From NCBI GenBank assembly GCA_022792495.1, contig JAAWBD010000093.1, forward strand, positions 1,155 to 65,154: 64,000 bases of DNA, in the 5' to 3' direction. Source of the DNA: Oscillospiraceae bacterium (lineage in GTDB: Bacteria > Bacillota > Clostridia > Oscillospirales > Oscillospiraceae). How positions within the stretch are numbered: position 1 is the first letter of the stretch; each line of letters begins with the position of its first letter. The notes under the pieces are model-generated. The model made no database searches and was not told where the DNA came from. It saw only the letters and a program-made list of their open reading frames with translations. The position numbers and the translations under genes are program-made. Shown piece after piece: positions 27,324-36,882 of the stretch.

Positions 27324-28421
27324 ATGTCTGTTTTGAAGCATATCCTCTCCCTCCATGCCCAGCGCTATCCCGCTATGGAGATCCACGACTATGTCAAGCT
27401 TCTCTACCAAAGCGAGTTCGGCCCCGGTCACCCCCAAGACCCGAATACGCTCCTGGCACAGCTCCGCCGGGAGCTGGCTCTGGCCCAGGAGGAGGGCAGT
27501 GCCCCTGCCTACGCCGTGGAGGCCATCGGCGGCGGCCTGTGCCGGGCCCATCTGGATCCCAAGCTCCTCTCGGAGGAGGATCTCCCCCTCCTCTCCCGCT
27601 GCCTGGCCCGCTCCTCCCAGCCCCGGGGCTCCCTGGTCGGTCTCTGGGAAAAGCTGGGGCTTCTCACCGCCATGGCCTGGTCGGGAGATCTGCCCCTGGA
27701 TCCCCGGGAGCTGGAGCTCTTCCTGGCCCTCTACCAGGCCCAGGGCTGCCCTCCCCTCCCCCACAGCCAGACCTACCGGGAGGCCTACCGCCCCCACTAC
27801 CAGATCATGGAGCGGGATCTTGCCCTCTACGCCCCCGCCCTCCGGGCCATCGACCGCCTCCTCCGTCAGACCCACGGCCCCCTCCTGGTAGCCATAGACG
27901 GCCGCTGCGCCAGCGGCAAGACCACCTTCGCCCAGCGGGCCGCAGAGCTGTTTGAGGACTGCACCGTGTTCCACATGGATGACTTCTTCCTCCCCCCGGA
28001 AAAGCGCACTCCAGAGCGTCTGTCCACCCCCGGGGGCAACGTGGACTACGAACGGGCCGCCACCGAGCTCTTCGAGCCCCTTCGCCGGGGGGAGTCAGTG
28101 GCCCACCGCCGCTTTGACTGCCACACCATGACCATGGGCCAGCCCCGGGGCGTTCCCTTCCACCGCCTCAACCTCATTGAGGGCAGCTATGCCCTCCACC
28201 CCGCCCTCTCCGGCTATACCCAGCTCCACATCCTCTTCACCTGCTCCCCCCAGATCCAGCTCGCCCGCCTCGCCCGCCGGGAGACCCCCGAAAGCCTGGA
28301 GCGCTTCCAGGAGCGGTGGATCCCTATGGAGGAGGCCTACCTCCAGAGCCTCTCCATTCCCTCCCAGTGCGACCTGACGGTGGACACCTCCAAGCTCCCC
28401 ACCCAGGAGGATGCCCTATGA
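27324..28421 (+). CDS. Uridine kinase-like P-loop protein with an uncharacterised N-terminal domain
   Basis: AIDGRCASGKTT, HMDDFF, IEGSY, WIPMEE; N-domain DYVKLLYQSEFGPGH...HSQTYREAYRPHY. Confidence 0.85.
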   Translation: MSVLKHILSLHAQRYPAMEIHDYVKLLYQSEFGPGHPQDPNTLLAQLRRELALAQEEGSAPAYAVEAIGGGLCRAHLDPKLLSEEDLPLLSRCLARSSQPRGSLVGLWEKLGLLTAMAWSGDLPLDPRELELFLALYQAQGCPPLPHSQTYREAYRPHYQIMERDLALYAPALRAIDRLLRQTHGPLLVAIDGRCASGKTTFAQRAAELFEDCTVFHMDDFFLPPEKRTPERLSTPGGNVDYERAATELFEPLRRGESVAHRRFDCHTMTMGQPRGVPFHRLNLIEGSYALHPALSGYTQLHILFTCSPQIQLARLARRETPESLERFQERWIPMEEAYLQSLSIPSQCDLTVDTSKLPTQEDAL

Positions 28422-29032
28422 CAGAGAAGGAACGTATGCTCTCTGGAAAGCTCTACCGGGCCGACGATCCGGAGCTCCTGGCCGGCGACCTCCGGAAATG
28501 GCAGCTGACCCACCAGCTCAGTCAAACCACCGACCCCGGCCGGGTTCGCGCCCTCCTCCGGGAGCTTCTGGGCTCCATCGGGGACAACTTCTGGATCCAG
28601 CCTCCCTTCTACTGCGATTACGGCTCCAACATCCACATCGGCGACCACTTCTTCGCCAACTACGACTGTATCATTCTGGATCCCGCCCCCGTCACCATCG
28701 GCGACCACGTATTCCTGGGCCCCCGGGTGTGCATCTATACCGCCACCCACCCCATCGACGCCGGCGTCCGCGATTCAGAGCTGGAGTACGCCAAACCCGT
28801 CCGCATCGGCTCCTCAGTCTGGATCGGCGGCAGCACCGTGATCAATCCCGGTGTCACCATCGGCGGAAACACAGTGATCGGCTCCGGCTCGGTGGTGACC
28901 CGCGATATCCCCTCCGGCGTGGTAGCCGCCGGCAACCCCTGCCGGATCCTGCGGGAGATCACCCCGGCGGATCAAGCCTACTGGGAAGCCCAGGCAGCTG
29001 AGTACTGGGCCTGGAAGGAAACAGAAAGGTGA
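28418..29032 (+). CDS. Maltose/galactoside O-acetyltransferase family
   Basis: MTEKERMLSG, PPFYCDYG, hexapeptide repeats, AAGNPC; ATGA overlap with the upstream gene. Confidence 0.93.
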   Translation: MTEKERMLSGKLYRADDPELLAGDLRKWQLTHQLSQTTDPGRVRALLRELLGSIGDNFWIQPPFYCDYGSNIHIGDHFFANYDCIILDPAPVTIGDHVFLGPRVCIYTATHPIDAGVRDSELEYAKPVRIGSSVWIGGSTVINPGVTIGGNTVIGSGSVVTRDIPSGVVAAGNPCRILREITPADQAYWEAQAAEYWAWKETER

Positions 29033-29266
29033 CCCCCTTTGTTTCAGCCTTCGACCATAAGGAAGCCCAGCTTCGCTTTCCACGAAGCCGGACTTTCCCC
29101 TCCTCTTGGCACACTGGCCCTCAAGGATTTGGGGGGCTTTTTTTTCTCCTCCTGGTGGAGGACGTCCCAAGCCTGTCGGACGATGGCGGGCAGCAGGCCA
29201 TATATCACACTGGGATCCCTGTTTTTTATCGCCGGTGTCTCCGGCGTGATGGGGATATAGCTCAGG

Positions 29267-29452
29267 TCATTCTCCCCCTCTTTCTTCGGGGCCGTCTCTA
29301 TCGAGCCGCTCCCTGGCACAGTTGGCGCATATGGCAAAGGGCATCAGCTCCATGCAGTCGGCTGCGGAGAGATCCGCCACATCCCCGGTGCCGCCTATGT
29401 TGGCCATGCACAGGCCCATCCCCGCCATCAGCGCGCCGGCCAGATTCTTCAT
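29267..29452 (-). pseudogene. C-terminal remnant of a 2-hydroxycarboxylate (CitS/MaeN-type) transporter
   Basis: GLCMANIGGTGDVADLSAADCMELMPFA matches the 2-HCT C-terminal GGxG motif region; the rest of the gene is absent. Confidence 0.7.
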
Positions 29453-29497
29453 AACAAACTGAAACCCCTGTTAGTATACGATCTCAATGTTTTCAGG

Positions 29498-29600
29498 CAG
29501 TACGTTCGGCACCTCAACTACCTGATCGGAACCAGAGGGGCGACCTCCTCCATCCACTTCGAGACCGGCGGCCGCCCCAGGATCCTCTACACCATCAAAC
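29498..29600 (+). pseudogene. C-terminal remnant of a CitB/DcuR-type response regulator
   Basis: YVRHLNYLIGTRGATSSIHFETGGRPRILY resembles the CitB-family VRRYLxYL...YGxxGRP..Y tail; no start codon or receiver domain. Confidence 0.55.
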
Positions 29601-29645
29601 CAAACGTCCTCCCTCCGGAGTCACCCTCTCGAAAAACAAAACAGA

Positions 29646-29684
29646 CCAGGGGCCGGATCCCATAAAAGGATCCGGCCCCTGCTT
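29646..29684. terminator. Hairpin terminator downstream of the P-type ATPase
   Basis: caggggccggatcc-N6/7-ggatccggcccctg. Confidence 0.7.
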
Positions 29685-29724
29685 CCGCTTTTCTATCCCT
29701 CTAAAGGTCCTGGCCCCTCCGGCC

Positions 29725-31572
29725 TCAGCCCTCCTTCAGCGCCCTGGTGGCGTTCAGGATGGCGATCACGCTCACCCCCACATCGGCGAAGGTCGCCCCC
29801 CACATGCTGGCCTTGCCCAGCAGGCCCAGCACCAGGAAGATCCCCTTCACCCCCAGGGCAAAGACAATATTTTGGTTGGCGATCCGCAGCGTCCGTCTGG
29901 CCATGGCGATGGCCTGGGCCAGCTTGGAGGGCTTGTCGTCCATCAGCACCACGTCGGCGGCCTCAATGGCGGCATCGCTGCCCAGCGCCCCCATGGCCAC
30001 CCCCACGTCGGCCCGGGAGAGAACTGGGGCGTCGTTGATCCCGTCTCCCACAAAGGCCAGGGTGCCTCCGGCCTCCTTCTCCTTCAGCAGCTCCTCCACC
30101 CGCTCCACCTTGTCCGCCGGCAGCAGCTGGGCATAGACCTGGTCCAGCCCCAGCTCCTCCCCCACCGCCTGGCCAACCGGCTGGGCGTCCCCGGTGAGCA
30201 TCACAGTCCTTCTCACCCCCGCCGCCCGCAAGGCGGCGATGGCCTCCCCGGCGTCGGGCTTCACCTCGTCGGAAATGATGATATGTCCCAGATACTCCCC
30301 CTTCACAGCCACGTGAACCCCGGTTCCCACCTGGCGGCAGGGGTGCCATACCACCCCGCAGTCCTCCATCAGCTTATCGTTGCCCACATAGACCCTCTGT
30401 CCGTCCACATCGGCCTCCACTCCCCGGCCCGCGATCTCCTCCACCTTCCCCACCCGGCTCTCCTCTATCTCACGGCCGTAGGCCTCCCGGAGGGATCGGG
30501 CAATGGGGTGGCTGGAATAGCTCTCCGCCAGGGCCGCCAGCTCCAGCAGCCCCTCCTCCGTCCCCCCCTCCGGGTGGATAGCGGTGACCTTGAATACCCC
30601 CTGGGTCAGCGTTCCCGTCTTGTCGAATACCACCGTCTCCGTCCGGGCCAGGGCCTCCAGGTAGTTGCTCCCCTTCACCAGGATCCCTGCCCGGGAACAG
30701 CCCCCGATCCCCCCGAAGAAGGTCAGGGGCACTGAGATCACCAGGGCGCAGGGGCAGGAGATCACCAGGAAGATAAGGGCCTGCCGGAACCACCCCGTCC
30801 AGTTCCCGTCTATCAGCAGGGGGGGCAGCACCGCCAGCAGTACCGCTCCCACCACCACCGCCGGGGTGTACCACCGGGCAAACCGGGTGATAAACTGCTC
30901 CGTTTTCGCCTTTTTCGTGGAGGAGTTCTCCACCAGCTCCAGGATCTTGGCCACGGTGGATTCCCCAAACTCCTTGACAGTCTGTACCCGCAGCAGCCCC
31001 GAAAGGTTGACGCAGCCCGAGATCACATTCTCCCCCGGCCCCACGTCCCGGGGCAGGGACTCCCCCGTAAGGGCCGCGGTGTTCAGGGTGGAGCTGCCCT
31101 CCAGCACCACAGCGTCGATGGGCACCCGCTCGCCCGGGCGGATGAGGATGATCTCCCCCACCGCCACCTCCTCGGGATCCACCTTCTCTACCTCTCCGTT
31201 CCGCTCCACGTTGGCGTAGTCCGGCCGGATGTCCATCAAGGCGGCGATGGATCTCCGGGATCTCCCCACCGCCACCGCCTGAAACAGCTCCCCCACCTGG
31301 TAGAAGAGCATCACAAACACCGCCTCCGGGTACTCCCCGATGACCAGGGCCCCCACCGTGGCGATGGCCATAAGAAAGTTCTCGTCAAAGACCTGCCCGT
31401 TTTTTATGTTCCGCAGGGCCTTCCAGAGGATATCCCACCCAATGGTAAAATAGGGGATCAAAAATACCAGGATCCGGGGCCCGGGCACATAGGGCCCCGC
31501 CAGCGCCGCCCCCACCAGCAGGGCAGCCGCGGCCACGATCCGGTAAAGCGTCTTTTTCTGCTTTCTGTTCAA
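29725..31572 (-). CDS. cadA: Heavy-metal (Cd/Zn/Co) P1B-type ATPase
   Basis: LTGES, CPCALVIS, DKTGTLT, SSHPIA, GDGINDAP; no N-terminal HMA domain. Confidence 0.93.
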   Translation of the reverse strand: MNRKQKKTLYRIVAAAALLVGAALAGPYVPGPRILVFLIPYFTIGWDILWKALRNIKNGQVFDENFLMAIATVGALVIGEYPEAVFVMLFYQVGELFQAVAVGRSRRSIAALMDIRPDYANVERNGEVEKVDPEEVAVGEIILIRPGERVPIDAVVLEGSSTLNTAALTGESLPRDVGPGENVISGCVNLSGLLRVQTVKEFGESTVAKILELVENSSTKKAKTEQFITRFARWYTPAVVVGAVLLAVLPPLLIDGNWTGWFRQALIFLVISCPCALVISVPLTFFGGIGGCSRAGILVKGSNYLEALARTETVVFDKTGTLTQGVFKVTAIHPEGGTEEGLLELAALAESYSSHPIARSLREAYGREIEESRVGKVEEIAGRGVEADVDGQRVYVGNDKLMEDCGVVWHPCRQVGTGVHVAVKGEYLGHIIISDEVKPDAGEAIAALRAAGVRRTVMLTGDAQPVGQAVGEELGLDQVYAQLLPADKVERVEELLKEKEAGGTLAFVGDGINDAPVLSRADVGVAMGALGSDAAIEAADVVLMDDKPSKLAQAIAMARRTLRIANQNIVFALGVKGIFLVLGLLGKASMWGATFADVGVSVIAILNATRALKEG

Positions 31573-31631
31573 AGAGGCTCCCTCCCAAAATAAGATTCCA
31601 TATCATCCGGCATTCCCCATGCCGGCCCGTT

Positions 31632-32237
31632 TTATCCCTTCTGGCACACCGCCAGCCCCACCGGGATCCGTCCCGGCACCCGGCTCACCTGGGCAGGCAG
31701 TCCCTGGGCCTGCAAAAATTTCCGGTAGGAGGTCAGGGTAAACCTCCGCTGGCACCGGAACCCCAGCCGCTGATAGAGCCGGACGGACAGCCTGCCCCAG
31801 AGCCCGGCCTCCCCCAGCAGAAAGGTGGGCAATATCAGCCTCCCCCCCCGGGCCGTGACCCGCCACAGCTCCCCCAGGGCCTTCTCCGGCCGAAGGAGCA
31901 GGTGGAGCACATTGGCGGCAATGACCACGTCGTAGGTTCCCTCCCCGTCGGGCAGGGCGTTCATGTCCCGCACCAGAAAGGAGATGTTGGTGATCCCCCG
32001 CCGCCTGGCCTTGGCCTCCGCCTTGTCCAGCATGGCCTGGGACAGGTCGGTGCACATCACCGCCCCCGCCCGCTCCGCCGCCGCCAGGGAGAATTCCCCC
32101 GTCCCCCCGGCGCACTCCAGCACCGAGGCCCACTGGGGCACCAGCTCCCCCACCTGCCGCAGGGTCTCCACATAGGCCCTGCGGTTGAACCTCTCCGCCA
32201 GGTCATAGACCCCGGCGATCCGATCCCAGAAGCTCAT
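31632..32237 (-). CDS. Class I SAM-dependent methyltransferase
   Basis: VLECAGGTG, TDLSQAML, YDVVIAANVLH. Confidence 0.88.
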   Translation of the reverse strand: MSFWDRIAGVYDLAERFNRRAYVETLRQVGELVPQWASVLECAGGTGEFSLAAAERAGAVMCTDLSQAMLDKAEAKARRRGITNISFLVRDMNALPDGEGTYDVVIAANVLHLLLRPEKALGELWRVTARGGRLILPTFLLGEAGLWGRLSVRLYQRLGFRCQRRFTLTSYRKFLQAQGLPAQVSRVPGRIPVGLAVCQKG

Positions 32238-32240
32238 CCC

Positions 32241-32462
32241 TTACCGCTCGATAGTGCAGTCGGGCTCCACCCTTCTGCACACCCGCACCACCTCATCCAT
32301 GATCTCCTCGAACCGCTCCTCCTCCGCCTCGATGGTCAGCCTCTGCTGGATAAAGCTGACCGTAGCGGCGGTGACCCCGTCGATCCTGTTGATGGCGTCC
32401 TCCATCTTGGCCGCGCAGTTGGCGCAATCCAGGTCGGTCAAATCAAATTTCTTCTTCATCAT
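32241..32462 (-). CDS. Stand-alone HMA (heavy-metal-associated) domain protein
   Basis: LDCANCAAKME. Confidence 0.9.
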   Translation of the reverse strand: MMKKKFDLTDLDCANCAAKMEDAINRIDGVTAATVSFIQQRLTIEAEEERFEEIMDEVVRVCRRVEPDCTIER

Positions 32463-32530
32463 GGTTTCCTCCTCAATTGGTTAAAATAATTTTTCGCCCC
32501 TCCGGGCAACCCTCCGGAGCCTGGCCTCCT

Positions 32531-32887
32531 TCATTCTCCCACATGCTCCATCCCCTGGGCCAGGATGGTCACCACATGGTCGTCCGCCAGGGAATAGAAC
32601 ACCGTTTTTCCCTCCCGCCGGTATTTCACCAGCTTGGCCTGCTTCAGCGCCCGCAGCTGGTGGGACACCGCCGACTGGGTCATCCCCAGCAGCTGGGTGA
32701 TGGCCCCCACGCACAGCTCCGACTCATAGAGGGCGTACAGGATCTTGATCCGGCTGGAATCGGCGAATATCCGAAATAGATCGGCCAGATCATACAGAAT
32801 GTCGTCCTCGGGAAGCTGGTCTCTCACCCGCTCCACCGCCGCCCCATGGTCATGGCCCTCCTCCAGGATATCTCTCTCTTCCGCCAT
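32531..32887 (-). CDS. ArsR/SmtB-family metal-sensing repressor
   Basis: ELCVGAI, QSAVSHQLR, alpha5-type DDHV...EH site. Confidence 0.93.
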   Translation of the reverse strand: MAEERDILEEGHDHGAAVERVRDQLPEDDILYDLADLFRIFADSSRIKILYALYESELCVGAITQLLGMTQSAVSHQLRALKQAKLVKYRREGKTVFYSLADDHVVTILAQGMEHVGE

Positions 32888-32907
32888 GGTCTCCCTCCTC
32901 CTTTCTA

Positions 32908-32964
32908 AAACATATGAACAATTATTCATATGTTTATATTACTCCTCTCATTCCCTCTTGTCAA
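32908..32964 (-). promoter_or_regulatory. Promoter and SmtB/CzrA-type operator
   Basis: AAACATATGAA-N6-TTCATATGTTT (32908-32935) just downstream of TTGACA-17-TAATAT. Confidence 0.85.
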
Positions 32965-33045
32965 CCCTTCCTTCAAAATAATTTTTCCCGGAGCCGGGGA
33001 TACTGACCCCAGCGTTTCAACAAACAGAAAGGGGATGCACCCAGT

Positions 33046-33990
33046 ATGGTCAACGTGCAGAAGGCCGCCGTCATCGGCTGCGGCTTCGTGGGCTCCTCCT
33101 CCGCCTTTGCCATGATGCGGACAGGAGTCTTTTCCGAGCTGGTATTGCTGGATATCGACAATGGTCGGGCTCAGGGGGAGGCCATGGACATCGCCCATGG
33201 CCTTCCCTTCTCCCGCCCCATGAAGATCTACGCCGGGGACTATGCCGACCTCGCCGGCTGCGCCCTCATCGTCATCACCGCCGGAGCCAATCAGAAGCCC
33301 GGGGAGACCCGGCTGGATCTGGTAAAGAAAAACGTAGCCATCCTCCGCTCCATCATCCCCCAGGTCGTAAAGGTGAACCGGGAGGCCATCCTCCTTATCG
33401 TCTCCAACCCGGTGGACATCCTCACCTGGGCCGCCCAAAAACTCTCCGGCCTGCCCCCCCGGCAGGTCGTCGGCTCGGGCACCGTGCTGGACACCGCCCG
33501 GCTGAAATACCTTCTGGGCCAGCGCCTTCGGGTGGACAGCCGCAGCGTCCACGCTTTTATCGTCGGAGAGCACGGGGACAGCGAGCTGGCCGTTTGGAGC
33601 GGGGCCAACGTCTCCGGCGTGGATCTGGAGCATTTCTGCCAACTTCGGGGGGTGGATGACCGCCAGGCCATGCTGAACCGCATCTACAGGGATGTCCGGG
33701 ACTCGGCCTACGAGATCATCGACCGGAAGGGTGCCACCTACTACGGCATTGCCGCCGCGGTGGCCCGTATCGCCCAGTGCATTGTCCGGGACGAGCTCTC
33801 CGTGCTCCCCGTATCGGTCAGCCTCCAGGGGCTCTACGGCGTCCCCGACCTGTGTATGAGCGTTCCCGCCGTGGTGGGCCGGGGCGGCGCCGAGCAGGTT
33901 CTGGAGATCGAGCTGAGCCAGGAGGAGCGCCAGGCCTTCCACGCCTCCGCCCAGACCCTCCAGGAGGTAGCCCAAAGCCTGGAGCTATAA
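33046..33990 (+). CDS. ldh: L-lactate dehydrogenase
   Basis: GCGFVG, AGANQKPGETRLDL, SNPVD, LDTAR, GEHGDS, KGATYYG. Confidence 0.96.
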   Translation: MVNVQKAAVIGCGFVGSSSAFAMMRTGVFSELVLLDIDNGRAQGEAMDIAHGLPFSRPMKIYAGDYADLAGCALIVITAGANQKPGETRLDLVKKNVAILRSIIPQVVKVNREAILLIVSNPVDILTWAAQKLSGLPPRQVVGSGTVLDTARLKYLLGQRLRVDSRSVHAFIVGEHGDSELAVWSGANVSGVDLEHFCQLRGVDDRQAMLNRIYRDVRDSAYEIIDRKGATYYGIAAAVARIAQCIVRDELSVLPVSVSLQGLYGVPDLCMSVPAVVGRGGAEQVLEIELSQEERQAFHASAQTLQEVAQSLEL

Positions 33991-33995
33991 AAAAT

Positions 33996-34027
33996 CACGG
34001 GTGGACAGCCTTCCCTGTCCACCCGTG
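33996..34027. terminator. Terminator between ldh and the YczE-like gene
   Basis: cacgggtggacag-N-ctgtccacccgtg. Confidence 0.7.
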
Positions 34028-34029
34028 TC

Positions 34030-34719
34030 TCATTCTTCGGCCCATCCGGCCCCCGGCCTTCCCCCCCTGGTCATCCGGTTTCTGGGATCCCCCAGCCCCA
34101 GGGGCTGGAGGATCCACCTGTCATACCGGTCCACAAACACCGTGATCAGGGGCCCGCTGCCCAGGGCGCACAGGATGGTGCCCACCCCGATGGGCCCTCC
34201 CAGCAGATAGCCCGCCAGCACGCACAGGCAGTCTATCCCGATCCTCCACCAGCGGTAGGGTATCCCCAGCCGCTCCTCCAGGTAGAACAGGATGATATCC
34301 CGCACATGGTAGCCAAACCGGATCCCCACAACAAGGGCGCTTCCCACGCACAGCATCAGAAAGCCCAGCAGAAGCGTAAGGATCCGGGTGGGCAGGGTCG
34401 TGGGGGGCGGCACATCCCGCAGCAGGGTCTGGGCCACCGTGACAAAGGGCCCCAGCACCGCCACGGAGTAGAGCGTTCCAAACCCGATCCCCCTTCGATC
34501 CACCAGGGCGCTGGCCGCCAGCATAACCACCATGACCAGAATGGCCGCGTTTCCAAAGCTGGTATGCAGCCGCTGGGCCAGTCCCTCCTCCAGCACGGAC
34601 AGGGGATCCACCCCAAAATTGGTCCGCAGGGTGACCGTGATGCCGGTGGACATGATCCCATAGCCCAGGGTACACAGCAGCAGCTTTTTCAGCCACACAG
34701 AAATTTTACTTTTTTCCAT
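34030..34719 (-). CDS. YczE/YitT-family membrane protein
   Basis: FGVDPLSVL, IGFGT, LLGGPIGVGT. Confidence 0.85.
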   Translation of the reverse strand: MEKSKISVWLKKLLLCTLGYGIMSTGITVTLRTNFGVDPLSVLEEGLAQRLHTSFGNAAILVMVVMLAASALVDRRGIGFGTLYSVAVLGPFVTVAQTLLRDVPPPTTLPTRILTLLLGFLMLCVGSALVVGIRFGYHVRDIILFYLEERLGIPYRWWRIGIDCLCVLAGYLLGGPIGVGTILCALGSGPLITVFVDRYDRWILQPLGLGDPRNRMTRGGRPGAGWAEE

Positions 34720-34781
34720 ATTTACGCCCTCTTTTTTCTCTTTTTCCGGTTACAAAACAGTTACAAAATAGCGACGCCCAG

Positions 34782-34813
34782 AGACGCCCCGCGGATTTCC
34801 GCGGGGCGTCTCC
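34782..34813 (-). terminator. Hairpin after the distal YjbQ gene
   Basis: gagacgccccgcgga-t-ttccgcggggcgtctc. Confidence 0.6.
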
Positions 34814-34824
34814 ATGATCTCAAC

Positions 34825-35241
34825 TCAAGAGTCGGAAACCACCTTCACAAAGAACTGCCGCTTCCGGGGCCCGTCAAACTCCGCCAGGAAGATCCCCTGG
34901 GAGGAGCCCAAAAACGCCTTTCCATCCTTCACGATAAGGGTCATATTACTGCCCAGAATACTGGTCTTGATATGGCCCGAGGCGTCGGTGGGGGTATCAA
35001 ACTGGTGGTGGAAATCGCACCGGGTGGGCACGATCTTCTCCAGTTCCTCCATCATATCCACATGGCCCCGGGGATCCCAGAAGGAGGTGATGGTCAGCGA
35101 GCAGGTGGTGTGGTGGCAGTGGAGGATGGCGAAGCCATCCTTGATCCCGGACTCGGCAACGATCCTCTGCACGTCGGCGGTGATCTCGTGAAAGCCTTGG
35201 TACTGCGTGGTCAGACCGCCTTTTCCCATATAGGTCGCCAT
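34825..35241 (-). CDS. YjbQ/UPF0047-family protein (conserved residues intact)
   Basis: HHTTCSL, GHIKTSILG, QGIFLAEFDGPRKR. Confidence 0.92.
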   Translation of the reverse strand: MATYMGKGGLTTQYQGFHEITADVQRIVAESGIKDGFAILHCHHTTCSLTITSFWDPRGHVDMMEELEKIVPTRCDFHHQFDTPTDASGHIKTSILGSNMTLIVKDGKAFLGSSQGIFLAEFDGPRKRQFFVKVVSDS

Positions 35242-35254
35242 TGGTCATTCCTCC

Positions 35255-36448
35255 TTATACAATCACGATCTCGCTCTGGCGGAACCGAGCGGCGTTGGCG
35301 TCCAGCTGGTGGACAGGGCTGTCGGGCCGGAAGTCCGGGATATCCTTCAAAAGCCCGGTGAAGGCGGCCACATAGTCCATGGGGATGTGCTGCATCAGCG
35401 GGTTACACCAGCGGTACTCCGCCTTGGGCAGCTGGAACACCTCGCAGGCGGCGGGGAAATAGGCGGGGGAGGCGTTGGTGATCACCGCTGTAGGCCGGCC
35501 CAGAGCCACTGCGGTCCGGATGGTCTCGATCACCCGGTGGAAGGAGGGGGAATCCTCGTTGCAGACCACGAAGGTGCCCACCTTCTCCGGGGTGCGGTTG
35601 AAGTAGTTGATGTGGTTCCAGTCCTCGCTGTCGTCGTAGGTGGTCAGGCCGCCGAAGGACTCCACCATCTTGGCCGAACCAAAAAAGGCGGTGGCGTAAT
35701 CGGCCCCGTCGCCGATAAAGTCCATCAGATCCACCCCCTGCTCGATCCACCGCTTGGACAGGGCCAGGGCCTGCTCCTCCAGCTTCTCCATCAGCTGGGG
35801 GGTATATTGGGCGGCGTAGCGCTGCATGGCGGCACTCTGCCCGGCGGCGTTGGCCTTGCTCATCTGGCCCCGCTGGGTGCTGAAATAGAGGCCGAAGTGG
35901 GTCAGGCCGTAGCAGGAAGCGATGTAGGAGGTAAGGCCCGGGGCATGGCTGGTGGGGGGCACGTTCAGCCGCACGGAATGCTTGGCGGCCTTGGAGAAGC
36001 CGCTGTCGGGATTGTCGGTGAAGGCAACCGAAATGCCGTTATACTTGTTGCACCGGAGCATGGCCTCCTCCACCCGCTTCACCGAGCCGGAGATGGACAC
36101 GCCGCAGACCATGGCGTTGACCCGGTTGGTGCCGCTGAGCCAGAACTGGTGGTAGGTATCATAGTAGCGGGTAAACTCAATACACCGCTCCGCCTCGGTC
36201 CGGGTGCCGGGCACCATGCCGGTGGTGCTGGAGGTCTGGATGTTCTCAAACACAGGCTTGGCCACCAGGGCGGCGCAGTAGCTGTCCCCGCAGCCGGTGA
36301 GAATGACCCGGTTGACCTTTTTCAGCTCTCCGGGGGCAAAGATCGTATCGAAGTACTCCGGGGTGATCTGCTTGCCCATATGCACCACCGTTTCCGGAGC
36401 CATCCGGATCTGGCGCAGGAACTCATTGTGATATTCTTTCGCTGTCAT
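35255..36448 (-). CDS. Double-SIS protein (GlmS isomerase / FrlB deglycase-like), paralogue B
   Basis: GCGDS, SISG, AKMVE, EDWNH. Confidence 0.88.
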   Translation of the reverse strand: MTAKEYHNEFLRQIRMAPETVVHMGKQITPEYFDTIFAPGELKKVNRVILTGCGDSYCAALVAKPVFENIQTSSTTGMVPGTRTEAERCIEFTRYYDTYHQFWLSGTNRVNAMVCGVSISGSVKRVEEAMLRCNKYNGISVAFTDNPDSGFSKAAKHSVRLNVPPTSHAPGLTSYIASCYGLTHFGLYFSTQRGQMSKANAAGQSAAMQRYAAQYTPQLMEKLEEQALALSKRWIEQGVDLMDFIGDGADYATAFFGSAKMVESFGGLTTYDDSEDWNHINYFNRTPEKVGTFVVCNEDSPSFHRVIETIRTAVALGRPTAVITNASPAYFPAACEVFQLPKAEYRWCNPLMQHIPMDYVAAFTGLLKDIPDFRPDSPVHQLDANAARFRQSEIVIV

Positions 36449-36461
36449 GGTTACCCTCCCT

Positions 36462-36869
36462 TTATCGATCCGCCATCACGGATACATAGTATTGACGCTC
36501 CTGGGGGCCGTCATATTCGCACAGGCAGAAGGCCTGCCCCCCCTCCTCCGACACCAGCTGCCCGTCCTTGAGGATGGACAGGGCGGCAGAGCCGAAGAGG
36601 GCGTTTTTCAGGTTGGCCGCCGTCCCCTCCGGGGAGACCTCCTTCCGGAAGGTGATCCGGGAGGGGATGAGCCGCCGGATATCGGCCAGCAGATCCTCCT
36701 TGATCTTCAGGTCGGAGCAGGACAGGGTCAGGATCCCCGCGTCGGCGCAGGCCACCTGCACCGTCACCAGGCCATCCCGGACACCGCTCTGGGCCACGAT
36801 CTGCTTCACTTCCCCGGTGATATCATGCACGCCGCATTTCTCGGTCACAATGCTTCTCACTTCAATCAT
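36462..36869 (-). CDS. Degenerate YjbQ/UPF0047-family protein
   Basis: DITGEV, SGVRDG and EYDGPQER retained; HTT replaced by CAD and HxK by NLK. Confidence 0.8.
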   Translation of the reverse strand: MIEVRSIVTEKCGVHDITGEVKQIVAQSGVRDGLVTVQVACADAGILTLSCSDLKIKEDLLADIRRLIPSRITFRKEVSPEGTAANLKNALFGSAALSILKDGQLVSEEGGQAFCLCEYDGPQERQYYVSVMADR

Positions 36870-36882
36870 AGGTAAGCCCCCC

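Noticed and set aside
31632-32237. Arsenite methyltransferase (arsM)
   Set aside because: The protein is shorter and lacks a recognisable ArsM cysteine arrangement; the regulator looks like the Zn/Co alpha5 type.
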